Of a DNA stretch of 64,000 nucleotides, positions 23,305 through 36,529 are shown one piece after another (positions within the stretch are counted from its first letter, which is position 1; every line of letters starts with the position of its first letter). The stretch comes from Chara braunii. Taxonomy: Eukaryota; Plantae; Charophyceae. Below the pieces are notes generated by a model that saw nothing but the letters and a program-made list of their open reading frames with translations, was not told where the DNA came from and did no database searches. A program made the position numbers and the translations under genes. Location: assembly GCA_003427395.1 (NCBI GenBank), contig BFEA01000040.1, positions 1,765,869 to 1,829,868 on the forward strand, written 5' to 3'.

Positions 23305-24247
23305 CGATCCTCATAACTGTAATGGATCGCAAGAGCCATAAACACACTATCCGCAAAAGCAGCGGAACTCTGCAATAAAGAAAGCTGAGAAATTTAGGAT
23401 GCGGAGCAAGCTCCATGCGGAGTCCATGCGATGCATCCTAAGCTACATAATGTCAAAAGAAAAGCAAATGTCTGGTATACATATCCTAGCTAGCAGCAAA
23501 AAATGAAATATAGTATGATACAATCCTAAAGTTATGGAGGCAGTGGCCTCAGTGCTGAAAGGAAAAGAGCAATATGTCACAAGATAATGTCATGTCGCTG
23601 AACCACTAAGAGTGGGATGGTCTCAGAGGGGGTGAATGCAGCCTAGGAATCGAAACTCCTAAGGGCAGTCACACATGAAGGTGGGATAGGTCATCAGGCT
23701 CAAGGTGGGAGAGTGGTAGCGAAACAAAACCAATGACCCTAACAGATAGACCATCAAGGCGGGTAATGCTCGACAAAAGGGTGACACCATGCAGGGTCGA
23801 CCATGAAAAGGGGAGCCTGGAATAGGGTGGAGCTATGCCGAACCGGAGGCATGCAATAGCCGGCGCTAGGGTGATGAGGGCAGTGGGTGAGGGAAACATG
23901 CACACAACTCACCGAGTGGGAGAGGGAGCTAGATCTGGGAGCAAGGAAGCCAAGATAACGCTACGGTCCCAATGCCTATGCGATACCAAGGGAGAGTCAA
24001 ACTCAAAGAGACCCAGCTAAGTGAGAACCATCATGCGACAGAGGCAAGGGAGTATACAGGGTAGGGTGGTGGCGTGAAGTAGTCACGTCCAAAGTAGCTG
24101 AAGTCGTCGAAGTGGTCGATGTCGTCGATGAAGTAGCAGTGGAGTCGATGTCGAAGCAGAGCCGCAAAACGCTGACATCCTGAAGAAGAGCTGATGATGG
24201 AGTACCTGATGGTGTGAGTCAGTGGGGAAAGATAGAGGATAAGAGTG

Positions 24248-25800
24248 TCAGTCATCGTAACGAGAAGGGCGACAATGAGTGCACTGTGGACGCTCGGAGG
24301 TGACCGTCTGCGGCTGAGGAACGGCCTCAGAGGGAGCGGGCTCGTCCTCAACAATCTCCTCAGCCGGAGGAGGAGGAAGAGGGTCAGTCGGCTGAGTAGA
24401 AGCAGATGTCTCAGCACGACGAGCACGATCATATGCACGCACCAACATCCTGACGTGCTGCAAGTGCTCGAGGGACTCCCAAGTAGCCTCCTCATCAGGG
24501 TAGCCCTTCCAACGCACAAGGTACTCGATGCGTGGAGGGGTATCATCGGTAACTCGGCGTGATACGATGTCGGAAACAATGAACTCCTTGTGACTGTCCA
24601 CCATGATAGGTGGAGGGCGCTCATAAGGGCGTCCGGCGAAGCGCTCGGACGGTCTGCGATAAGGACGCAGCAAGGAGACGTGGTAAACATCGTGTACGTG
24701 AGCCTGTCGAAGGTAATCAGGTAGCTTCACACGGAAGCTGACCGGACTAGCGGCAGTATCAGAACCGACGGCCTGAAGGATGCGGCATGGACCGAAGAAA
24801 CGACACCTGAACTTGCGAACCGTATCTGCTTCGAGTTGTAAGTGGCGTGCGTCGACGAGCACATCGTCACCGACTTTGAATGGATGATCCATTCGTGATC
24901 GGTTCGCTCGTGCCGCCATGCGAGTCTGGGAGTCGACTAAACTCTCGTGTGCGCACTTCATAATCGCCGCCATGTGGGCGATCCGGTCGTCAAGCACAGG
25001 GCAACGAGTGTCTGGGCGCACCCGCGATGGTCGTAGGAAATCCGCGGGTACCCGAGGGTGGTAGTCGAGGTCGCAATAGAATGGCGACATCCCCGTGGCT
25101 GGCGAAACAGCGTGGTTTTACGCAATCTCCGCGTGGGCTAAGTGTAAGTCCCATTGCTGGTCATCCCTAACAAACTTTCGGAGGATATTACCGAGAGTTT
25201 TATTGGTGACCTCAGTCTGACCATCCGTCTGAGGGTGATAAGACGATGAGAAGCCGAGCTGGGATCCGTACACCTCGTGTAGGCGTCGCCAGAATGTGCT
25301 GGTAAAGCGCGGGTCACGGTCGGAGATGATGCTCTGAGGTAAGCTGTGATCTCTCACGACTCGGTCGAAGACGATGTTGGCGACCTCACGAGCGCTAATG
25401 CGATAGCGGCACGGGACAAAACGTGCACGCTTCGTGAAGTGATCGACGACGACCAAGATAACATCATGACCGCGCTCAGTAGGTGGGCGGAGGGGACCAA
25501 TGAAATCCATCGAGATGGACTGCCAACGACCCTCAGGTATGGGTAGGGGCTGAAGTAACCCATACGGAAGGTGGTTCGCACTGTTCACCTCTTGGCAGGT
25601 AGGATACTCCTGGATGTAGGCTTTGACAAAGTCCTTGGACTACGGCCAGACGTATAGGCGGCAAACACGAGCCAACGTCTTGTGGAAACCCATATGACCG
25701 GCAACTGCCTGGTCATGGAACTCTGCTACCGCCTGGATGAGGAGCTGTCCGATGGCGGGAACGCAGATACGTGGTTCTAGCTGACCAGATCTGCCATGCC
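24248..25800 (-). pseudogene. Integrase plus C-terminal chromodomain (frameshifted)
   Basis: FHD...GHMG; GLLQPLPIP..RWQSISMDFI; IISDRDPRFTS; YHPQTDGQTE; VHDVYHVSLL; EYLVRWKGYPDEEATWE. Confidence 0.95.
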
Positions 25801-27586
25801 AGTACACAGGGTCGTTCTCCCCGAGGGAGTAGGAAGGAATGGTCTTGCCACTCCGCATTGTCGCGTGGATGACGCGATAATCGGGGCAGTGGCGGTACTG
25901 AGTGCGATATGCGTCGATCACCGACTGATCAACGGTGGTGATGGAGATGGCAGCAAGATGGATGGGTTCCTGATTGTGATCAGGACGGCGGGACAAGGCA
26001 TCGGCGACGCGGTTCGTTTCACCCTTGATGGGCTGAGTGGTGAAACTGAACTCGGATAAGTCACACCACCAGCGTGCCTGTCGAGGGGAGAGCTTGGACT
26101 TCGTGAGGAAAGCCTGAACAACTGAGTTGTCCGTGCTCACCGTGAAGGGCGCCCCGTGCAGATAATGACGCCAATGCCGGGTAGCATAAACTACTGCGAG
26201 AACCTTACGTTCATCGGCAGTGTAGTTTATCTCGGCAGACAGTAGCTGACGGGAGTAGAAAGTGATCGGGCAATCCCCAGCACGAGCCTCGACAGTCCCA
26301 TCCTCCGCGATGGTCGGGGAGTAAGTAACAGGAGGACTGTCAGTGGAGGGAAGTGGTGGGAGGGTAGGCGTCAGTCGAGAAGCAGTGTCAGTAGGAGGGG
26401 GGGGGGAAGGAGGAACATGGGGGTAAGGTGAATCTGGAGGAGAGGGAAACACATGAGAAAGGACAGCTCGTACTGCAAAATCTGACGCATCGGTGGTGAA
26501 AGGGACGATCAAAATCGAGAAGGTGAAGAACCGGCGCACAAGTCACCGCCTTCTTGAAGGCGCGGAAGGCGTCCTCGCAGAGGGGTGTCCAAAACCACGG
26601 CGGGTTCTTCCGGAGGAGGGTGGAAGTAAGGACGTAGGAATACCTAGCGTATCCCTGGATAAAATTACTATAGTAGCTGGTGAGGCCTAGAAAGCTGCGA
26701 AGCTGCTTGGCAGATGTGGGGACGGGCCACTCTGCAATAGCAGTGATCTTCGCGTCGTCCATGTGGAGACCCTTGTCAGACACATGGTGTCCTAGGAAGT
26801 CCACTTTGCGCTGGGCAAAGCGGCACTTACTGAGTTTGGCATAGAAGTCATGCTTGCGTAAGCGCTGTAGGACATCGCGGAGGTGTCCGATATGGTCTTC
26901 TAAGGTACGACTGTAGACCAAGATGTCGTCCAGGTATACGAGAACGTATTCTTCAAGGATGTCCCTGAAGATGTCGTTCATCGCCGTATGGAAGGTGGCG
27001 GGTGCATTGGTGAGGCCGAATGGCATCACCATGAACTCGTAGTGGCCGAAACGCGACCAAAAGGCGGTCTTCGGCTGGTCCTCTGCGGCAACACGGATTT
27101 GGTGGTAACCACTACGAAGATCGATCTTCGTGAAGAAGCGGTTGCCTGCCAGACGGTCAATTAACTCATCCGCACGGGGCATGTGATAGTTGTTCTTAAC
27201 CGTGTAACGGTTAAGGCCGCGGTAGTCGATGCAGAGGCGGAGAATTCCGTCCGCTTTGCGAGCAAAGAGGACAGGTGCACCCCAAGGGGAGTTACTGGGT
27301 TTAATGAAACCCAGTCGAAGGAGCTCCTCAAGCTGACGCTTGACTCAAGCTGACGCTTGAGTTCCGTCGCCTCTGGAATCGAGAGTCGGTATGGTGCTTG
27401 ATGGTGAACACGATAGTCAGGCACGAGCTGGATGGAATGCTCGACACCGCGCATCGGGGGAATCCCGCTGTATGAGAAATACGGGGGGAAGACGTCGCGG
27501 TACTCTCGAATCAGGTTGCGAACGGCGGACTCTAAGTCTGCCGTGAACCGTGTGAGTTCCTCAGCATCTGCGTCAGCACGAGACAT
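25800..27586 (-). pseudogene. Reverse transcriptase and RNase H (frameshifted)
   Basis: [46 protein letters not shown]; a 17-bp tandem duplication at 27327-27360 shifts the frame. Confidence 0.97.
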
Positions 27587-27646
27587 ATGTGTGGACTCGA
27601 CAGTCGACGGCGCAAGGGCTTGAGACGTGGAGGGGGTATCCGCAGG

Positions 27647-28681
27647 CTAATGAGTGGATGTAGAGATGGGAGCCGCGAAGATGGAAGGAGGGTCAGGGGG
27701 ATCGGGCTCCAGAGAGATGAACTTAACCTCGGGACAAAGTGGATCGTAGCGAAGAAGATCCATGACGTTCACTGAGTAGAACATGACGTCCTCCTGTCGT
27801 GTGAAGTGAGCAAACTGACGAGGGGAAGTGAACGCGATGTCGGGGTGGGACCCTGAGGGACGAGGGTCCTGGGGAGGTAGGTCAGGCGGGGTGTCGCCCG
27901 TGGTTCCAATGAACGGGACGCGATGGGTCTGACCACACTTCGTTTTGAGAACGAGTGTCTCGGTCGCCCATTCGGCCTCTGTGCCATGGAACCGGCGAGA
28001 CCAGGGAGTGCGAAGGATAAAGTCGTACCCAGTCTCCAGCACGTCGAAGTATGCGGAGGAATGGTAGCGCCTAGGCATCTGGGTACTATCCGATGGCTGG
28101 AGGGTGAGGGAGAAATGGAGGTCGGGGACCGTCCGATTGAAGAAGCGCTGCGTCTTGTTATCTCCGAGGGTAACGGAGATAGGAGAGCGGGACCCAGAGG
28201 TAGCTAGGCGAGCTTCCTCAACCACGCGAGGGTGAATGAAATCTCCCTGCGAGCCAGAGTCCCATAAAGCGCGGTACACCCTCGTAGATGTCCCTAGGCG
28301 AATAGGGATGATGGGTAGGGTGCGATCAGGGTCAGAGAGCAAGGCGAGAAGACGACGCAGGGCATTGATGTGTCTCGTGAGGCGCTCCTGACGAGCCTGC
28401 AGAATGCTCAAGTCCAGGAGAGATGACACAACGTCATCGCGAGTCGCCAGCTGAGCGCTACAACGGGCTGTGTGAATGGCACGACGCGTCGGAAGTCTTG
28501 GGGGAGAAGCGCTAGATGCGGCAGTCTGCTGGGAGGCAGACGGTACCTCGACAGACGATGGGGCGGAGAGAACTGCGTCTGTCGTGTCCTGAGGGTCCTC
28601 TGGTGGGGTAGCCAAAGGGGCAAACCGCGACTCGGTGGTCGGGAATCCGGCTACGTGCGAGGCCTCAGGGGCACAGTGCAC
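27647..28681 (-). pseudogene. Retrotransposon aspartic protease region
   Basis: ALWDSGSQGDFI active site; YDFILRTPW (D.ILG.PW variant). Confidence 0.9.
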
Positions 28682-28686
28682 CGTGG

Positions 28687-30640
28687 CTAGGTGGATGGGG
28701 CTGGCCGGGCGGGGCCGGGGGGGAACTGAGATCGACGCTGACGAGAGATGTCAGCGTAGTGCCGATCGAGGGCGGTATGGTATGGACACCGTGAGGAGGT
28801 GTGTCCATCTAGGCGGCAACGAAGGCAGCCACGCCGGGCCTCGAGGGCGGCACGCTCCTCAGGGGATAGAGCTCCGTGAGGAGGGACATAACCCTGCGGG
28901 AAGTCTATCTGAGGAACTGTGGGTGTGCGGGCGCCAGCCTGTGCAACCCGACTGTGCACGACCCATGGCAGACATGACCATCTGCAGGCGCTCGGCCATT
29001 GGGACAGTGTCGTCATCCAAGTGGTACTGGATGACGTCCTGAAGCTCGATGTCCTCGGGGGCGTCCCGAATGGTAGGATCGAGCTCGGCTGAGGCGTCCT
29101 CTCCATGCTCGAGAGAACTGTATTGCCGAGAGAATGGCGCTCCGGGTCGAGCCGGACGACGCAAACGACCAGCAAACGAGGAGCGGCCTCTGGTGGTACC
29201 ACGGGACTGGGAGGTGGCGGCTGGCCGCGAAGAGGATGGGGCGACAAAGAAGCGACTGCACATCCTCTGGTACTGACGCGCAGCCTCGTATGCCTGCTCT
29301 GCGGAAGAGAATGATCGCCTCCATAGCTCTAGGCGGTAGTCAGTCGACAGGCTGACAAGGAACCGGTCGGTGAGTGTGACCTCCGGTAGAAACGTCTCGT
29401 CACAAACAAGGCGAGCATCCTGAAACACCCGGATGTGACGCTCCAGGTCGGCCGGCACAGAGGACCCGGACCATCTGGTCTGGGTGACGCGGTCTAAGGC
29501 GTCGGTGGCGTCATGACGAGCGCCGAAGCGGTCCTGAAGGAAGGCCGCGAAGTCGGCCAGAGTGGGGACCTCACCCACGCGGAGGCGCTGGGTATAATGA
29601 TCCTCCCACGCAGTGGAAGGGCTACCTCGCAATTTGGTTGCGAGCACATCGCACCACAACTCCTGATGGGTGGTCGTCATAGAAAGTGTACGTGTTGCTA
29701 TCTGCAACCAGCGAGAGACACGGGATGTGCCATCATACTCGGGAATATCCGTGGTGCGCACATGAGGATGTCCACTGTGCTAATGGCGGGGGGAGAGAGA
29801 TCGAGGCGAGTGCACTGCGGCGGCGTAAGTCGAGGCCGCTGCAGGGGCAGAGGTGGGGGAAGGTTGTGGGCCGGAGCCGCTGGCTGATGGACCAGCAGAC
29901 GAGGAGGCAACGACCGCGGGGGAAGAGGCTGAGGAGCAGGTCGAGGGAAACGAGCCTGCATCATGGGGACCGAAGGGGTGGTCGAGGAGGAAGGGTGGGC
30001 AGCCTGTGATGGGTGAGGCTGTCNCANAGCGAGAATCTCCNCCTGAGCCTGCGCAATGGTGGCTTGTAAAGTGGTCACTCGTTGGGTGCGAGGGGTCGGA
30101 GGTGGAGGGGGCGGAGCGGGTCTCCCAGTGGGAGGAGGAATCCCAGCCTGGGCGGTACCCTGCTGTGGGGGTGGGGGGACGAAGGCAGGAAGAAGAGGGC
30201 GGAGCCGTATTGCCGTGACCGGTGCGGGAAGCTGGGAAGCAACACCGGTGTGGGTCGATGAAACTGCGGGGCCAGATGGTGGCATCTGGGTCGCAACACC
30301 TGCGGCAGTAGTACAAATGGTAGGGGCGGCCGTGGCCGGAAGAACTGCCGCAACAGACGGGGTGGTCTGAGCGGCAGCAGCACTCGCCACTGCTGCGGGG
30401 GAGTTTTGGGCCTGGCCCGCAGAGGAGGGGGAACCACGATGTCTCCGACTCTGGAGTCGTGGGGAGCCGGACTCGGAGCCGGTAGGGGATGGGGTATGGG
30501 AGCGGTGGGGAGAGTGATGAGGAGAGCCCTTGAGGCGGTTGACGTCAAGGGCAAGCGCATTGATTTGTGCTTGCAACGGTCCAAGCGTACTAAGTTGCGC
30601 CTGGATCGCTACGAGGGTGGCATGAAGGTCCATCGTGTCC
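28687..30640 (-). pseudogene. Gag (Pro-rich N-terminus, capsid, CCHC zinc knuckle), split over frames
   Basis: EYDGT..VSRWL, KLRGSPSTAW, FLQDRFG; CLRCRLDGHTSSRC. Confidence 0.85.
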
Positions 30641-32640
30641 GCATGGGCCTGACCCTGACCCGCTGGCTGAACGCTCACCTGGGAGGTGGACGGCGCCGCG
30701 GTGATCTCCTCAAAGGAACTCCCTTCTATGACCAAAAGGGAAAGGGAGGTAGAGCTCACGGGGGTGTGTGGGGAGAGGGGCCCGCCGGTAAGAGGAAGGG
30801 GACTGCGGGAGTGGAGTATGTGTGAGTCGGCTCACCCCGGATTTGGTGGGTTGCGCGTGAGAAGAACGCGCCAAATCGCTCGAAGGGGGAGGAGCCGTTC
30901 GGGTCCAGGGTGCCCGACGGGAGGAGGCGGGAGAGTAGGGGGTTTAGGAGAACCCTAAACCCTAGAGAAACCTTGGGGAAACCCTAACCGGAGTTTAGGT
31001 GGTTAGGGGAAGCTAGCGGTGACCTAATCAAGAAAAAAAAAATAATAACTATGGAGGGGAGAAAACAGAATAAACAGTGGATTTTCGAGATAAAGATAAA
31101 ATAAAAGAATAAATAGAAATAAATAAATAAATAAATAAAATGTAAAAAGTGAGGAGAGAGAGAAAATTTATTTTTTTGGAATTTTCGGCAGCATTTTCCC
31201 ACCCCGCATGGGGTCAAAAACGTGCCAAGAGGAAGGAAAGAGCGAGAGGGACACACTAACTTTCAAAATGCCGCAAATTAAAATTTTCAGAAAAAATAAA
31301 TGAATAAATAAATAAATAAATAAAGAGGTGGAGGAGAGTGAGGAGAAACTAAGTTTTTGAATTTTTCAAAAATTTTGGCAGCATTTCGTTACCCCCATGG
31401 GGTCGAAGTGTGTCATCAAGAAAAAGACTAAGTAGAATAGAAAAATTTGGCTAGCGCTTCGCTACCCCCAAGGGGTCAAAATGTGCGCCGACAACAGAAA
31501 AGACTAAGTCCTAGCAAGATATAGAGGTGCCGCAGAAAATTTCAAATTTTTAGAATAAATAAAAAAAAATAAAAAAAAAATAAGAAAATAAGAAAAGAAG
31601 TAGGGAATAAGATGTTTCAAATTTTTAGAGGAAAAGAGAAATTTTACATCAAAGAGAAAGAAAGAAGAAGAAAAAAAAAAAAAACCAGAAAATTTCGGAG
31701 TTGGGTGTGGGGGGTGTGGAAAAGTGATGAAGAAAGAGAGAAAGAAGTGAGAAGAGAAAGAAAAAGGTAAGGTGGGGGATGGGGGAGATGATGGGATTGT
31801 AGTTGGGGGAGGGAAGGAGGAGAAGAGGGTGGTAGAATGGGAGAGAAGGATATGAAAAAGGTGAACAGGAGTAGATGAGATTAATGAGAAATGGTGAGTG
31901 GGGAGGAGAGGAGAGAAAAAGGTTATGGAAGATGGGTGGAGAGGGAGGTAGGGGTAGAGAGTAGTGGTAGGGGGGGAGAAAAGATGATTAGATGATGAGG
32001 GGGGAAGAGAAAGAGGTAGGGGCGGTAGTAGGTCAGTGGTAGAAGGTGATACCAGGCTTTTGGGTGGCCAAGAGCAGATTTCTACCAAGATCTACAGGAT
32101 CTTGGTCTTCAAAATGCTGATGGCCTGATGCCACAGCAAAACAAAAAGGAGGTGATGATGATCTAGGGTTGGTTGAGATCTTGATCATCCACCCTGCTGC
32201 CACAGTCACACAGCCCCCAAGCCAGGGGGTGATCTTGAGTTGTTGCCAAACTGCTGTTGCAACAGTGAAGAGTAATAAAATATATATATATATATATATA
32301 TATATGTCTGTGGCGCAGCCCCCTAGCCAGGGGGGTCTTCAACAGGTGTCCACGTGGCAGTGCAGATTGCCACGTCTGCAGGCACCAGCAGCCACGGCGT
32401 GCGCGGGGGGGGNNNNNNNNNNNNNNNNNNNNNNNNNNNNNNNNNNNNNNNNNNNNNNNNNNNNNNNNNNNNNNNNNNNNNNNNNNNNNNNNNNNNNNNN
32501 NNNNNNNNNNNNNNNNNNNNNNNNNNNNNNNNNNNNNNNNNNNNNNNNNNNNAGGGGGGGGGGGCAAATAGCTTCGCAGCACGCTGCTCGCTGCTCGCCG
32601 ACAACACGAACGTTCCGCACTATACAACCATGCATACACT

Positions 32641-32714
32641 TTGGCCAGTGTGTTATAGCACTGGCTACGCACGAGCATGAGTGCTACCTGCCCAGGTTCA
32701 AACCCTGGCGGCAG
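32641..32714 (+). other. tRNA-like / Pol III box motif within the retrotransposon leader, antisense to the element
   Basis: A-box-like tggccagtgtg and T-arm-like ccaggttcaaaccctgg. Confidence 0.4.
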
Positions 32715-32978
32715 CAGCTTCCCAGATACGGGGCGGAGCGGGGCAGCGTGGGCGCGTGGCGCGCTCGCGCGTGCGGCGCCCTTGACCTTGGCACGCGTGG
32801 TGGCGCTCTCCTTTTTCGCCACGTGGCAGTCTCTTCCCGCTGCTGCTTTTTTTTTTTTTCGTTTTTTCTCTGCTGCCGCACCGAAAATCACCTGAAAATC
32901 CCGCTGTTGGGATTACACCGATCCCTCACCCGCTGTTGCATGCGGGGGGAAGGGCGGGTTGGAGCGGGGACCGTTCCC

Positions 32979-32990
32979 GCTCTGATACCA
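32979..32990 (-). promoter_or_regulatory. Primer binding site for tRNA-iMet
   Basis: TGGTATCAGAGC, 1 nt inside the 5' LTR end. Confidence 0.95.
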
Positions 32991-32991
32991 G

Positions 32992-33342
32992 TGTGCCGGA
33001 CCTGCCGGGATGGCGGTCCGACAGGATGGAGACGAAGGGTGGACGAAGGAGGAGACAGAGATGGAGCTGGAAGGGACAGCGCAGCTCCGACGCAGACTCA
33101 ACACGCACGTACTCCAAGATCTGCAAAAGTGGAGAATGCCGAAAAACAGACAACTGCTAGGGTATACCCCCAGCGGACTGACTGACTGGACTGGACTGGC
33201 CTGGTACCGACAGTGGTACCGGGCAGGACTAGAACAGCATACGGCCTGTGGGGTCAGGCCACGGTCTGGTCCCACAGGCCGAACTGGGCAAGTAGCCAAA
33301 TAGGCCCTGGTTGTAGGCCAGGGCAGATGAAGGCCCGCTGCA
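32992..33342 (-). repeat. 5' LTR
   Basis: Matches 22969-23304 with several substitutions and a ~20-nt indel. Confidence 0.95.
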
Positions 33343-36162
33343 TCGGTCCATCCTGATACCCTTCTTCGAGGAGCGCCTCTTACGTGTAACTCCAAACACC
33401 CACCCCAGTAAGCACATGTGAAACAAGAGGACCACCTGAAGCAGCACAACGACGAGAAGCAGCGGAGGGAGCCTTTGGTACAGGTCAGCCATGAACGGCA
33501 CGATGGACAGGACAACAATGCCACATATGTTGTTGGACTTCGAGCAAACGATTGTGGAGAGGGCAGTGAAGGCAACAGTCTTGTCAGACGTGCAATGCGT
33601 GACAACACGCGAGGGGATACGACACCCATGCAGAAACCTCTTCCATCGACAGACTGAAGCCGCCGTTTGGAAAAATATTCAAATTTCCCAACCATAAAGG
33701 ATGTTCCTCGAGCGTGGGAGACTGCATGATGCCGCCTAAAGATGACGATGCCACCCGACCGAGGTCGAGCGCCAACGATAACCGGATAACCGTTGGAGCC
33801 CAGTGGGGGACCACGCATGTGTTCGAGGGCGGGGATGTTCGTGCTAACGCCGTCGGACCACGTCTGGACCATCGAAAAACTGGAACTACTTTGTGAATTA
33901 CGGTTCTCGGAGCTCTGAGGAACCTCACGAGGTCCCTTGGGGATAGGGAAAATTTGGTTGGGGCCTCAAGGACACCAGTGGCACAAGGAATTTCTTTGTG
34001 GAACGAGCACGTCCTTGTGGATTTCACACCCGCGAGGTCTGTCTAACGATGCCCAAAGGCGGAATGAAGACGAGAGACTAGAAAAGGAAAGATGGTTGTA
34101 CGACTATAATGGCTTCGGAAAACATGCACGATAAACCAGAAGCTAGCAATGATAACAGATGACCAGCAATGGTTTTGTCCCTATGGTTCCTTCAGCACCA
34201 CAGTAATTTCTAGTATCAACCATCACACTCGGTTGTTAGCAGGGTTGTAGGAGACCGAACCGGGGTGGAGTATGATAGAGGGTCTCGTCACACCACTCCC
34301 AAAATTGTCATTTCCGGGAGTGTAGGTTCACTCCACCAGCTCCCGAATTCAATGTTTCAGATTGAATTATTGTCAGAATGCAATGCTTGAGAGCACTTCC
34401 AGATTTGCTTGGGCCTCCAACTTGCAAATCAGCATTCTTGGGAGCCCTCACGTCGTGGTCCTGTTTCCACCCAAAAACTCGTAAGGAGATGACCGACTGT
34501 CGATGATAAGCCGTCTACTGACAGTTTTCGTCATCACATGTCCGAGAGTGCTTTGGGACTCTCAGAGCGCATGTTGGGACCATAAGTGGGTTTGGGAGGC
34601 CAGCCCGCGGAGTCCTGGTGGAAGAAAGTCGGCCTTGGGCCTCGCCACATCACTCATATAACGATGGAAGGAACGAGTGCGCATATGGCCGCAGAATGTG
34701 GCAATATACATATGTTACTATTCATTATGACAAATGTATTTTACCATATTTGGATAGAAGATGCACTCACTTTTTTTTTTTTTTTTCCCAAGCGGGGGGC
34801 GGGAGGAGTCCGCTGGGAAACGACATACACAAGTTTGGGTGGCTGCCAAGCAACTGGAGTCGGTCGACCGACGAGATGGAAATGGCGGCACGAGATGACG
34901 GAGGAGGAGGGAAATGGTCCTCCTCGCATGGCATAACGTCCTTGTAGCTCATGACACATACAAGAAAAGTGTGGCACTTGCGCAAGGAGGGCAAGCATAA
35001 ATCGAGAAGTTGAAATGGTCACAGAAGAAAAAAAGGAAGGAAAAAAAATATAACTCCATGCATAAATAGACGAATGTTTGTTAGGACGCAACAGGCGAGT
35101 GAGAGTTAAATGATCAAAAGAGCACCTCTACAGTCGTTTCTAAGTGGAGAAGGACAATGAGGAGGAGGAGGCAGCGTAGATGGAGGAGGTGGAGGCAGAG
35201 ATGGAGGATGAGGAGGTAGAGACGAAGGAGGCAGAGTAACTGACGATTTGGACTGTGCAAGATATATGCATGTGTAGTGATGGAGGGAAGGGGCAAAGTG
35301 TCTCTCGTGCTCCCCCTCAGAAGCTTTCCATGCTATGATGGTTGAGGAATCACCAAAAATGGAAAGCCACACCATCATCAACCAACGCCCAACCCTAGTA
35401 CCCCTCCATTAGCCAGCTTCTCACCTCGACCACCCTTTCCACCTGTGTCCCCGACCTGGTGGAGCACTCGTGGAATCCTGCCTGCCGTGGGGGTGCAGCT
35501 CCAAAGGTCAAAAGGCCTCAACCTGGACACGTTTTTGGAGAAATGCATGAAGCACCTCCACAAACACATCTGGCTTTAGGCCGGTAACTTCAATTTCTCC
35601 TCAACCCTCTACCTGTTTTGCTTTCCGCTCACCACACTACGCTGCCTTATCAGTACCACAGACCCTCCACCAGTCCTAGTCTCGGATTCGAGAGTGCATG
35701 CTTCAAGTTTGCCGCATTGCACGAAAATATGCCCTGGAACCTCGATTTCCGATAGCACCCGAACTTGAGAGCACAATGTGGCAAAGGGCACCCCCGAACA
35801 GGTTTTCACGTCCTCTGACAAGCGAGAGCACTCCCAAATTTTTTTTGCGATTCGGGAGTGGTATGGTGAAGCCCAAAGTGTCATGGTGACTTTGGAATAA
35901 GGTTCCAATCGGCTTCACAAGCCAATGTAAGACCATATTAGATATGTGAATAGGAAGGTGTTACTAGGGTACAAAATTAGGTCATGAGGACCCGATAGGA
36001 AGAGAGAGATATGATTTCATTGTTTTGGGGTATAATGTGTGGGCCCGTATGGCCATGTCCCACTAGTAGGGGTTTAGTTTTGATTTTTAAACCTGTATGG
36101 CGGCGTGCGGTTGTTTTGTGGGTAGAAACAAAAAAAGGAGAATGTATGGAGGTAATCATTGA

Positions 36163-36265
36163 ACCACTAGTACATTTCCCAGCTAAGGTCTGTGCCAATT
36201 TATTTTTTGGGGGGCGCAACGTTTTTCCAACTCTGGAGAAAAGTGCCTTAAAAGTAATGGTGGTT
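36163..36265. mobile_element. Shortened TTAA-MITE copy
   Basis: ttga|accactagtacatttcccagcta ... gtaatggtggtttt. Confidence 0.5.
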
Positions 36266-36420
36266 TTAAAACGATATGCAAAGCATATCTGCCTTGCACT
36301 TTTGGGCTCCATTGTCACTTCACATTTGCACTGCAATTTTATATTGCACTGTTGGTTTCGAAAGTTTGGCTCGTGTCTTCTAGCTACAACCCACAGTACT
36401 GCCTCTGGCAGCGTAAAGGC

Positions 36421-36529
36421 TACCGTCTTTCCCCGAACATAACGCACCATAAAAATGACTGTATACAAGCTATATTTCCGGCCAGATACGACAAAAATGA
36501 GTGTGCATTGTATTCGGGGGAAGACGGTA
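36421..36529. mobile_element. pogo-type MITE copy (with TA)
   Basis: taccgtctttccccgaacata ... tgtattcgggggaagacggta. Confidence 0.8.

Larger units (their letters stand above)
22969..33342 (-). mobile_element. Full-length Ty3/gypsy chromovirus LTR retrotransposon (defective)
   Basis: TG..CA LTRs at both ends; 5-bp TSD TCGGT (22964-22968 and 33343-33347); PBS; domain order gag-PR-RT-RH-INT-chromo. Confidence 0.97.

Noticed and set aside
35600-35940. Possible LINE ORF1 fragment (LHWLVKPIGTL)
   Set aside because: Too short and degenerate to support without a profile search.
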